From the NCBI GenBank assembly GCA_021780155.1, contig JAJXZH010000011.1, positions 846 through 64,845 on the forward strand: a DNA stretch of 64,000 bases, read 5' to 3'. This DNA is from a bacterium. Lineage in GTDB: Bacteria; Patescibacteriota; Minisyncoccia; UBA6257; JAGOQP01. Shown here in pieces: positions 47,473 through 56,277 of the stretch (its first letter is position 1; every line of letters begins with the position of its first letter). Made by a program: the position numbers and the translations under genes. Below the pieces are notes generated by a model that saw nothing but the letters and a program-made list of their open reading frames with translations, was not told the DNA's origin and searched no databases.

Positions 47473-48798
47473 TCAAAAACTGCTAAACAAAAAATTCATA
47501 GGATCTTGATACCCAAAAAGCCACGGGTTGTCGGAAGTGTAGCCGACACAATTTGTTATTTTGCCATTGGGAATAACGCAAGTATCGCTTTTGGGGGAAC
47601 CAATAACCGGCTCGCTTTTTATTTCCAAGTGCAGATGAATATCATTTTCACCGGGTTGATCGCATCCATCTTTTCCTATTTTCCAATAATCGCATCCGTA
47701 TCCGGTATTGCCGACGGTCGCTATCTTCTGTCCGCCGGATATAATATCGCCTATTTTTATCCCCGCTTCAATAGAGCTCAGGTGCCCATATAAAGAGTAG
47801 ATTTTCTCTCCGTTTATTTTATGTTCCAAGATTATTGTATTACCCAAACCGGCGTCACCGTGTCCATTTGAAATTATATTTACAACAACTCCCGGATAAA
47901 TAGCATAAACTCCCCGATCAACGGCATCTTTATAAGGAGCCAAGTCCAAGCCGGCATGTTGAATGTATTCTTCTTTTTTGTCTCCGCTCCAAACACCTCC
48001 CGACCTGATGGGAGAATTATATCTTTGGCGAACCCAAAACTGAGACAGATTAACCGGAGCAAAGAAATTATCTTTCAATTTGGCATTATCCAACGTTACA
48101 TACGAAACAACGGCATCTCCGGTTTTAGCGGTATCGTAAAAAGTTTTTGCAATATCATCATTGAGTCGAATGCATCCTCCGGAAAATTGACTGGTAACTT
48201 TGGAGCCGTCTCCCCAGTAGGGAATGTTATGTATAAAAAAATCCTCATAAAACTGGACGGCATCTTCCATAAAAACCGGAACAACCGAAGATTTTAATTT
48301 TCTGGTTTTAACTCCAATATCAAAATAACCGGTTGGCGTTTCAAACCAAATTCCATAAGGAGCTTGGTAGGCAATGGGAAATATTTTTTGAACAACTCCG
48401 TTTTCATAAAATAAAATTTTATTGTCGGTCAAATTTATTTCAAATAAACGAAACGCATTTTCTTTGGGGGGTTTAAAACAATATTTTTGGTCTTCAGGAT
48501 TTAAAGACGCCATATTATTTCCGCAATAATTTATCGGCTGATTTTTTATTTCCGTTGAAGTTTCCGATGGTTGAGCAAAAGAAGGCAAAGCCGAACCCGC
48601 TAAATCAAGACCAACCGAAGACGTAATATTGCCACCAACAGTTGTTGATGATTCATTTGAATCTTTGGGATAGTAAACAATTTCTGAGGCCATCAATTTT
48701 GACAACTCATTTTTTAAAAAAATATTATTTTTAAAAACAAAAAAACCGCCGACAAAAAGCGCCACCAATAAAACAATTAATGATTTTCTCATTGCCAA
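47473..48798 (-). CDS. L,D-transpeptidase (YkuD) plus M23 endopeptidase fusion
   Basis: TPTGYF, FFIH...SGGCIRL (YkuD); HAGLD, YGHL, HLHLE (M23). Confidence 0.88.
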   Translation of the reverse strand: MAMRKSLIVLLVALFVGGFFVFKNNIFLKNELSKLMASEIVYYPKDSNESSTTVGGNITSSVGLDLAGSALPSFAQPSETSTEIKNQPINYCGNNMASLNPEDQKYCFKPPKENAFRLFEINLTDNKILFYENGVVQKIFPIAYQAPYGIWFETPTGYFDIGVKTRKLKSSVVPVFMEDAVQFYEDFFIHNIPYWGDGSKVTSQFSGGCIRLNDDIAKTFYDTAKTGDAVVSYVTLDNAKLKDNFFAPVNLSQFWVRQRYNSPIRSGGVWSGDKKEEYIQHAGLDLAPYKDAVDRGVYAIYPGVVVNIISNGHGDAGLGNTIILEHKINGEKIYSLYGHLSSIEAGIKIGDIISGGQKIATVGNTGYGCDYWKIGKDGCDQPGENDIHLHLEIKSEPVIGSPKSDTCVIPNGKITNCVGYTSDNPWLFGYQDPMNFLFSSF

Positions 48799-48835
48799 CT
48801 GATTTTAATCTAAAAATTATACAAATAAAAGAAAA

Positions 48836-48860
48836 GCCGCGTTTTTTAAAAAAACGCGGC
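48836..48860. terminator. Hairpin terminator
   Basis: GCCGCGTTTTTT-A-AAAAAACGCGGC. Confidence 0.6.
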
Positions 48861-48887
48861 AAAAAACTAACATCCTCCAGTCACGCC

Positions 48888-49217
48888 TTAGGCGTGACCG
48901 AAGACAAAAAGAATGACCGAAGCGGCAAAAATTGCCGCCACGGTCATCCAGTCCGCCAGCAGAAAAAACTTCTGCCGGCGAACAGCGCGCTGGACGGAGC
49001 GTTGCGCCGCCCAGCCACAAAGAATCAAACCGGCGATGGAGCCAACCCCCATCGCCAGAGTCCACAACCTCTCGGGACCGGAGGACGAAAGCGCCCCCCC
49101 GAGCCCGAGATTCAAGTCCACCAAGAAACCGGCGAACCCGAAGATCACTGCGCCAAAAATCGCGGCGGCGGCGACAAAAATCGCCGCCACACCAAAGAAA
49201 ATCCACCGATTGAACAT
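48888..49217 (-). CDS. Small GC-rich membrane protein (3 predicted TMs)
   Basis: Shine-Dalgarno AAAAGGAGGGAG before the ATG, hydrophobic helices, terminator downstream. Confidence 0.65.
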   Translation of the reverse strand: MFNRWIFFGVAAIFVAAAAIFGAVIFGFAGFLVDLNLGLGGALSSSGPERLWTLAMGVGSIAGLILCGWAAQRSVQRAVRRQKFFLLADWMTVAAIFAASVILFVFGHA

Positions 49218-49373
49218 ATTACTCCCTCCTTTTTGCCCGCCTTAATCACTCTGTGCGAGCTGTTCACTACTTGTTTTGTTGTTGTTTTCAAACAAATCTA
49301 TTTTATATTATAGCAAATAAATGTAATTTGTCAATAACAATCAAAAATATGACAAATAAAATTCAAAAACGAA

Positions 49374-50111
49374 TTAATTGCCTGTGACCATCGATTCAAG
49401 CGTCTTGACGTCAAAAGGATTGGTTACCTGCTGAGCTTTGCCGTTTTTAATAACAAAGAGAGTCGGAGTTGATATATTTTGACCCATCGCCTTTTGCGCG
49501 TCGGACATAAAGCCGTTTATTTGGTTGGAATATTTTTGAGAGTCATAGCAAGAAGAAAATTGATTCACATCCATACCTATTTTTTTGGCGGAATTAACAA
49601 AAAAGTCTCTGGTCAAATTTCCGGAATTTTCATTGCTCTTGCCACTTTTAATTTCACTGAGTTCGGCATTATAGATTGAGTCATACATATCCCAAAATTT
49701 CCCCTGGTCGTTGGCGCATTCTGCCGCCTGAGCCGCATGCCATGACTCTCCACTTCCTCCTTTGTGAGCATAATCGTCAATGAAAGTTAAAATTTTAAAA
49801 ACCATATTGGCTTTGCCGGTATCAATCAAATCTTTTCTGATTTGTGGTTCGGCTGTTCCAAAAAACTGAGTGCAAGCGGAACATTGAAAATCTCCGAACT
49901 CTAAAATAGTGGCCGGAGCATCAGCCTTGCCAAGCACGGGCAGTCCTTCCACCGAAAGACCCTGATCAGAAAGAGAAAGAGGCGCCGTCGGCGTTTGATT
50001 GCCGGAATTATTTGCGGAATTTCTGGGGAAAAAATACATCAATCCCATTCCCGCCACAAGAATCACAATGACAATAATCAAATAAATAGTCAGCCTGTTG
50101 TTGTTTTGCAT
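49374..50111 (-). CDS. DsbA-family thiol:disulfide oxidoreductase
   Basis: LGKADAPATILEFGDFQCSAC, AAECANDQGKFW, STPT. Confidence 0.92.
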   Translation of the reverse strand: MQNNNRLTIYLIIVIVILVAGMGLMYFFPRNSANNSGNQTPTAPLSLSDQGLSVEGLPVLGKADAPATILEFGDFQCSACTQFFGTAEPQIRKDLIDTGKANMVFKILTFIDDYAHKGGSGESWHAAQAAECANDQGKFWDMYDSIYNAELSEIKSGKSNENSGNLTRDFFVNSAKKIGMDVNQFSSCYDSQKYSNQINGFMSDAQKAMGQNISTPTLFVIKNGKAQQVTNPFDVKTLESMVTGN

Positions 50112-50269
50112 ATTTTTTTTAATTAATAAGTTTTATAAGTATAAACCAAAACATAATTATCGGTCAAATGCCAAAATAAATAACAAAAAAATACTGGCCA
50201 TTTTGTTTCACGTTCTATTGACATAAATCCATTTTGAGATTAAACCAATTATAAACTATACTATTTTAT

Positions 50270-51586
50270 ATGCTGATTAAGATTAAACAGGCGATATTGG
50301 TTATTGGCGACATAATTTTTTTATACGCTTCGCTTTTTTTGATGATTCTCGTTCGCTATGGAAGAATAGACAAATTTCTTTTTGATGCTCACTTTGTTCC
50401 TTTTTCTATAGTTTTTATCTTATGGGTAGCGGTTTTTTACATCGCCGGTCTTTATGAATTAAGAGCGGTAAAAAACAGAACCGATATGATCCAACAATTA
50501 CTGGCAGCAACTATAGCCAGCCTGATTGTTTCGATTATAGCTTTTTATTCTATTCCGTCTTTTAACATCGCTCCGAAAAGAAATCTGGTCATTTTCTCAA
50601 TAATATTTTTTGTCTTTGCTTACGGATGGAGAGAGCTCTTCGGATTGTGGGCAAAAATTCCTCAAAAAAGAGTGCTTACCGTCGGAGGTGGGAAAGAAGA
50701 AGAGTCAATGAATATATATCTTTTTGAAAATCCTCAGCTTGGTTATAAAGTGGCCTTTCAAATCAGCGACATTAAACAATCCAGCGACAATTACTTTTCC
50801 AAAATAATAGAGGACTATGAAATTGACACTATAATTATAGGACCTCAAGCGGAACACTCCCAAGAAATTCTTGAGTCGGTGTATAAAAATCTGGATAAAG
50901 GAATTGAAGTTATGGATTTTACTTCGGCTTATGAACTTTTCTACAAAAAAGTTCCTCTTTCGGCCATCCATTATTTATGGGTGAGCACCAATGTCTCCAA
51001 AAGCCAAAGAATCTACGAAACGATAAAAAGACCTTTTGAGATTCTACTTTCTTTGATTTCAATTGTCGTTCTTTCACCTTTTATACTGCTTGCCTCTATC
51101 GGAGTAAAATTAAATTCCAAAGGTCCGGTTTTTTACACCCAATTAAGAGTTGGCAAAAAACGAAAAATTTTTAAAATATATAAGTTCAGGACGATGATAA
51201 AAAACGCCGACCAAAACGGACCAGATTGGACAGAAAGTCGCGACCCGAGAATCACCGGTTTTGGAAAAATATTGCGCTTTACCCACTTTGACGAAGCCCC
51301 TCAATTATTTAATGTCTTAAAAGGCGATATGTCTTTTGTCGGACCACGACCGGAAAGCGTTCCTTTGGTGGAAAGTTTCAGAAAAAAAATACCGTATTAC
51401 GACGCACGACACATAATCAAACCCGGAATATCCGGCTGGGCACAGATAAACTATAAACCAAGCGCTTCCATTGAAGAGGCTTATGAAAAATTTCAATATG
51501 ACCTCTACTATATAAAGGAGCGCTCCCTGACTTTGGACATTTTGATAATATTAAGGACCTTAAAAATGTTTTTATCTAACAATTAA
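50270..51586 (+). CDS. Polyprenyl-phosphate glycosylphosphotransferase (WcaJ/WbaP family)
   Basis: KR.F, GPVFYTQLRVG, YKFRTM, DEAPQL.NVLKGDMSFVGPRPE, PGISGWAQI, DLYYI. Confidence 0.93.
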   Translation: MLIKIKQAILVIGDIIFLYASLFLMILVRYGRIDKFLFDAHFVPFSIVFILWVAVFYIAGLYELRAVKNRTDMIQQLLAATIASLIVSIIAFYSIPSFNIAPKRNLVIFSIIFFVFAYGWRELFGLWAKIPQKRVLTVGGGKEEESMNIYLFENPQLGYKVAFQISDIKQSSDNYFSKIIEDYEIDTIIIGPQAEHSQEILESVYKNLDKGIEVMDFTSAYELFYKKVPLSAIHYLWVSTNVSKSQRIYETIKRPFEILLSLISIVVLSPFILLASIGVKLNSKGPVFYTQLRVGKKRKIFKIYKFRTMIKNADQNGPDWTESRDPRITGFGKILRFTHFDEAPQLFNVLKGDMSFVGPRPESVPLVESFRKKIPYYDARHIIKPGISGWAQINYKPSASIEEAYEKFQYDLYYIKERSLTLDILIILRTLKMFLSNN

Positions 51587-51757
51587 AACCAACGGTATTT
51601 TATATGACGCAACGATTTTTAATCTATTTTCCCCTGTGATTTTAAAAAAACTTGGAATTTAATGAATATTGTGCCATAATTGTGATACATCCCCCATATT
51701 TGGGGGTTTAAATTAAAAACAGGAGTTATTTAAGCATCTTTTATCCCAGAAAGTGGG

Positions 51758-51783
51758 TGAAACACAAACAAGTTAAATTCGTT
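51758..51783 (+). promoter_or_regulatory. ECF-type promoter adjacent to the sigma B start codon
   Basis: TGAAAC-N16-CGTT-TTAT-ATG. Confidence 0.65.
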
Positions 51784-51787
51784 TTAT

Positions 51788-52345
51788 ATGGCAGATGAGC
51801 GCAACGACAACGAAAAACAGCTTTTAGAAAGCGCTATCCGGGGTGAGGCCTCGGCTTTTGGCTTGCTTTATGACAAATATCAACCGAATATTTTTCGGTT
51901 TATATTCTTAAAAGTAAGCCGGCGTGAGGAGGCCGAGGACCTCACTCATCAGGTATTTCTCAATGCCTGGCAAAACATAGAAGCCTTTGAAGATCAGGGA
52001 TTGCCATTATCAAGTTGGCTTTATAAAATTGCCAGAAACAAGGTGATTGATTATTACCGAACAAAAAAAAGCATCACCAGCATAGAAAATGTTTCGGAGG
52101 ACTATTTTGAAACCTCACGGGATGGAGGGATGGAAACAATAGGAAATAAAATAGAAGTAGAAGAAATATATAGAGCCCTCAAAAAACTTTCTCCCGAATA
52201 TCAGGAAATAATAATAATGAGGTTTGTGGAAGAATTGTCACCGCGAGAAATTGCAAAAATAACCGGCAAAAAAAACGGGGCAATCAGAGTTTTGCAATTT
52301 AGAGCATTGAGACGACTTAAAAAGATATTGGAAAAAAATGAATAA
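51788..52345 (+). CDS. ECF sigma factor B
   Basis: AFGLLYDKY, AEDLTHQVFLNAW, WLYKIARNKVIDYYR, LSPEYQEIIIMRFVEELS..EIA. Confidence 0.94.
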   Translation: MADERNDNEKQLLESAIRGEASAFGLLYDKYQPNIFRFIFLKVSRREEAEDLTHQVFLNAWQNIEAFEDQGLPLSSWLYKIARNKVIDYYRTKKSITSIENVSEDYFETSRDGGMETIGNKIEVEEIYRALKKLSPEYQEIIIMRFVEELSPREIAKITGKKNGAIRVLQFRALRRLKKILEKNE

Positions 52346-52898
52346 AAAACAAATAATCAACAATTTAAAACTATTAAAAGAAATCAATCCCGAAAATGAC
52401 TTTTCCAGAAAGTCCAGGTTAGCCATTCTTCAAACACCATTTGTTTCCAAAAAAGTTTTACAAGATGAATCAATTTTGTCGGCACTGGAGATGGCTCCAA
52501 TAAAATTAAAAAACTATTCCTTAAAAAGCATATTTTCTAACGGAGGCAGAGCAATATCCGTGGCAATGGCGACGGCAATTATTCTGGTTGGAATCTATTT
52601 TGCCACCTCTCAATTATCACCACTTTTTCTCCCGGGATTAAATCAAAGCAAGGTTGTTGCCGAAGCGGATATGATAAACAACACCATCAACATCCAGCTT
52701 TCTCATATAAGTAAATTTGAACAAACCGCCAAAGCAAGCACCACTGCTCTCAAAGAAGTTGCCGCTACCGCTCCCAATCACATAAATTCGTCTGTTATTA
52801 AAGCCGAACAATCTGAAATAAATTCAGCTTTCAATACTGATCCGCAATCGCAAAATAATCAGGATATAAGCAATATATTAAAAACAATTTCTCAATAA
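52338..52898 (+). CDS. Putative anti-sigma factor (single TM)
   Basis: Overlaps the sigma gene by 8 nt; IINNLKLLKEINPENDF N-terminus, one TM helix. Confidence 0.6.
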   Translation: MNKKQIINNLKLLKEINPENDFSRKSRLAILQTPFVSKKVLQDESILSALEMAPIKLKNYSLKSIFSNGGRAISVAMATAIILVGIYFATSQLSPLFLPGLNQSKVVAEADMINNTINIQLSHISKFEQTAKASTTALKEVAATAPNHINSSVIKAEQSEINSAFNTDPQSQNNQDISNILKTISQ

Positions 52899-53878
52899 TG
52901 AAAACAAAAAACATCAAAAAAATATTTTTATCATCCATTTTTTGCAGTTTGTTGCTAACAGCATTTTTTGTGAACATTTCAAAAGCAAACGCCCAAGACC
53001 AACAAAGCGGTTCACTTTCGGATATAATTTCTCAAACCAAAGATGAAGTAAATCAACTTTTGAACCTCAAAGACGACACGACTTTATCTACAGACCAAAA
53101 ACAAAAACAAGAAACCGACTTGAATATAAAAATTATTTCAAATGTTTTGGATATTTCTCTTTCTCAAGTAAGTTCCACTATCCAACAATTTGCCAGCACC
53201 ACCCTTCCTCAAGGAAATGGTTGGTCTGACGTTGGGGAGTATATAAACAACTTGCTTAATAATGATTATCAATATTACCAAAACGCTCAGGCTGAATTTA
53301 ATGCATCTTCCACCTCAATGACTTTGGATCAATTAAAATTGTTTGCTAAAGATTTAAACGACAAGAAATCCGGCCAAACCGATCAAGACCTTCAAAGAAT
53401 CAATATTGTGATTGCCGCCTTAAATACGCCGAGCATTCTATCAATTGCCGATGAAAGACTCTCCAAAGTATCGCTGGATGTCAAAAAAATATACGACCGG
53501 AATATGACAAAAAACCAAACACTAAAGGATCTTTATGACCAGGCATCCAAATATTTGTCTAACGCTCACGACTACAACAACCAAGCTTTAGATATGATAT
53601 TAAACACATTCACCGCTTCAACTACCACTTCAACCAAAGATTACGTGACATCGCTTAAAGATAAAATATCAAAAAACAAAGAAATTGCCGCCAATGCTCT
53701 GTCGGATATATCCTCTCCCGATTCCAACTCAAGCTCCACTCAAGATTTTTCCGCAAGCCAGGAAGATATGGATAATTATTTGGCCAATTTGGTTTCAAAT
53801 GCCTACACCGGTATAAAATCGGCTTATGATGTCTTTGTAAAAATGAGCACTAATATAAATAAATATCTAAACAGTTAA
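52898..53878 (+). CDS. Secreted helical protein (ECF cassette B, gene 3)
   Basis: Signal peptide ending ANA; TAATG coupling with the upstream gene. Confidence 0.7.
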   Translation: MKTKNIKKIFLSSIFCSLLLTAFFVNISKANAQDQQSGSLSDIISQTKDEVNQLLNLKDDTTLSTDQKQKQETDLNIKIISNVLDISLSQVSSTIQQFASTTLPQGNGWSDVGEYINNLLNNDYQYYQNAQAEFNASSTSMTLDQLKLFAKDLNDKKSGQTDQDLQRINIVIAALNTPSILSIADERLSKVSLDVKKIYDRNMTKNQTLKDLYDQASKYLSNAHDYNNQALDMILNTFTASTTTSTKDYVTSLKDKISKNKEIAANALSDISSPDSNSSSTQDFSASQEDMDNYLANLVSNAYTGIKSAYDVFVKMSTNINKYLNS

Positions 53879-53902
53879 AGCAAAAGATAATAAAGTAGCC
53901 AT

Positions 53903-53932
53903 AAAAATCGCCAAAATAAAAAGGCGATTTTT
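53903..53932 (+). terminator. Terminator of ECF cassette B
   Basis: AAAAATCGCC...GGCGATTTTT. Confidence 0.65.
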
Positions 53933-53937
53933 TGTAA

Positions 53938-54022
53938 AATAAAAATAACCCCAAAGACCTCACCTTAGGGTTATTTTAATAGAATAAAAATAACCCCAAA
54001 GACCTCACCTTAGGGTTATTTT
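53938..54022. repeat. Exact 40-bp tandem duplication of a hairpin
   Basis: AATAAAAATAACCCCAAAGACCTCACCTTAGGGTTATTTT at 53938-53977 and 53983-54022. Confidence 0.92.
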
Positions 54023-54042
54023 TAAGTGTTTAAACGCTAAAA

Positions 54043-54318
54043 TTATTTAACGGCTTCTTTAAGAGCTTTAGCGGCTCTGAATTTTGGCTTAATTGAAGCG
54101 GCAATTTGAATTTTTTCTCCGGTTCTTGGGTTGACACCTTCGCGAGCCGATCTCTTGACGACTCTGAAAGTTCCAAATCCGGCAACAGCCACCTCTTCTC
54201 CTTTAGCCATAGTTTTGGCTATCGTATCAAAGACAGCTTCAACAGCGGTAGTTGCTTGTTTTTTAACTTCAATACCGGCTGCTTTCATCACTGCTTCGAC
54301 TAATTCTGGCTTTTTCAT
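54043..54318 (-). CDS. hup: HU DNA-binding protein
   Basis: MKKPELV, GFGTF, R.GVNPRTGEKIQI, PKFRA.K.LKEAV. Confidence 0.96.
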   Translation of the reverse strand: MKKPELVEAVMKAAGIEVKKQATTAVEAVFDTIAKTMAKGEEVAVAGFGTFRVVKRSAREGVNPRTGEKIQIAASIKPKFRAAKALKEAVK

Positions 54319-54514
54319 ATTATATTATTCATATTTTATCCCGACCTTTTTACCTACTGGACTAATTATAAACAATCACCTTTATAAAAACAAGCAAATA
54401 AGCGACTTTTTGTGAATTAATTGTTGACTGATAAAAAATGGCTTAAATGCTTATTATTTTAAAGCTCAAAAATCGGCATAAAATCTTATTTTAATTACCA
54501 ATACGAAATTATCA

Positions 54515-54551
54515 AAAATAAAAACCCCGAAATTTACGGGGTTTTTATTTT
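54515..54551 (-). terminator. Terminator after rny
   Basis: AAAATAAAAACCCCG-AAATTTA-CGGGGTTTTTATTTT. Confidence 0.75.
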
Positions 54552-54560
54552 AATTTTCAT

Positions 54561-56087
54561 TTATTTGGCGTACTCCACCGCGCGCGTCTCTCTCATAACG
54601 ACAACTTTTATTTCTCCCGGATATTTAAGTTCGGATTCAATTTTTTTGGCAATCTCTCGCGCCAATTCCAAAGATCCAAAGTCATCTATTTTTTCTGGAG
54701 TAACAAAAATTCTGAGTTCTCTTCCGGCTGAAATAGCGTAAGCATTCTTAACGCCCTCAAAACCGGTAGCAATATTTTCCAAATCTCCAAGACGTTTAAT
54801 GTAGTTTTCAAGAGTATCTCTTCTGGCGCCAGGTCTGGCGGCAGAAATTGCATCAGCAGCGGCAACAACATATGCCTCAGGAATAGCAAACGGATATTCT
54901 TCGTGATGAGCTTCCATCGCTTGCACGACTTGATCGCTTATTCCGTATTTTTTTAGAATTTTTCTTCCAATCTCTACGTGGCTACCGGAAACTTCGTGGT
55001 CAATTGATTTTCCAATGTCATGAAGTAGGGCTCCTTTTCTGGCAACATCGGCGTTCAATTTCAATTCTTCGGCAATCATTCCGGCAAATGAAGCCACCTC
55101 TATCGAATGTCTTAAGACATTCTGACCATAACTGGTTCTAAAATTAAGTCGTCCCAAAAGCTGAACAATTTCTTTGGGTAGGTCGTAAACCCCAACCTCA
55201 TAAGCGGCTCCCTCTCCCGCCTCCATTATTTTTTTTGAAATTTCTTGAGTAGCTTCCTCCACTTTTTCTTCTATTTTGGCCGGCTGAATTCTTCCGTCTT
55301 TAATCAATTTTTCCAAAGCCAGACGGGCGATTTCTCTTCGTACCGGGTCAAAAGAAGAAATAACAATACTATCGGGGGTTTCATCAATTACCAATTCAAC
55401 GCCGGTAACTTTTTCAAAAGTTCTTATGTTTCGCCCCTCTTTTCCGATAACTTTTCCTTTGAATTCCTCATCGGGGAGCTGGACGGAAGTCGTAGTTAAT
55501 TCAGCCGCCGAAGATCGGCCATATCGCTGAATAACGGTGGTCAATATTTCACTGGCTTTTTTCTCTATCTCATCTCTTCTTTCGCCCATCATTTTTTTCA
55601 CATACTCCGCCAAATCCTGCTGATATTTTTGTTCGGCATCTTTCATTAAAAGTTCTTTGGCTTCTTCTTGCGAAAGCTTGGCTATCTTTTCAAGTTCTTT
55701 TGAGATTCCGGCTTTAAGTTGTTCGATGTGACTCTTGGCCTCAATCAATTTTTGAACATCGGATTGGACGTTTTTTTCTTTTTCTTTTATTTCAAGTGAT
55801 TCCTTTTCAAGAGATTCTTCTTTTTTTAATAATCTCTCTTCTACTCTGTCTAATTGCGATTTTCTCTCCCTCTCTTCTTGTTTTATTTCTTCAAGAATTT
55901 GAGCGGATTTTTGTTGCGCTTCCAAAACAACCTCCTTTGATTTGGTTTTGGCTTCTTCAATTTGACGATTTATTTTTTCCTCCAAAGAGGCGGCTCTTTT
56001 AGAAACGAGGTTCTGCCTTACAAAGTAGCCGGCCGCTATCCCAACCACTAAGGCAATTCCGAGATAAACAAAATTTATCGTATCCAT
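54561..56087 (-). CDS. rny: Ribonuclease Y
   Basis: TM, coiled coil, KH (KGKVIGKEGRNIR), HD (LLHDIGK), ADAISAARPGAR; start placed at MDTIN. Confidence 0.96.
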   Translation of the reverse strand: MDTINFVYLGIALVVGIAAGYFVRQNLVSKRAASLEEKINRQIEEAKTKSKEVVLEAQQKSAQILEEIKQEERERKSQLDRVEERLLKKEESLEKESLEIKEKEKNVQSDVQKLIEAKSHIEQLKAGISKELEKIAKLSQEEAKELLMKDAEQKYQQDLAEYVKKMMGERRDEIEKKASEILTTVIQRYGRSSAAELTTTSVQLPDEEFKGKVIGKEGRNIRTFEKVTGVELVIDETPDSIVISSFDPVRREIARLALEKLIKDGRIQPAKIEEKVEEATQEISKKIMEAGEGAAYEVGVYDLPKEIVQLLGRLNFRTSYGQNVLRHSIEVASFAGMIAEELKLNADVARKGALLHDIGKSIDHEVSGSHVEIGRKILKKYGISDQVVQAMEAHHEEYPFAIPEAYVVAAADAISAARPGARRDTLENYIKRLGDLENIATGFEGVKNAYAISAGRELRIFVTPEKIDDFGSLELAREIAKKIESELKYPGEIKVVVMRETRAVEYAK

Positions 56088-56277
56088 ATGGTATACGGGC
56101 CTCAAGATTCTCCTCAACGCTTTTGTTTTTCAAAAATTTAAAAAAATCAATGGTGTAAGAATTCATCCTAAAGTCCAAATTAATTCAAATGCGTATTTTT
56201 ATAATAAACCCAAAACAATCTGGCGTCAAACTGATTTTTCTATTATTATTAGTTGACGCTTCAATTAAACAAACAAA

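Noticed and set aside
48780..49313. Several overlapping long ORFs (177, 129, 110 and 93 aa)
   Set aside because: Explained by locally high GC and few stop codons; only 48888-49217 on the minus strand has an SD and a coherent TM pattern.
53938..54022. Possible CRISPR array
   Set aside because: Only two units separated by 5 nt, with no spacers and no cas genes.
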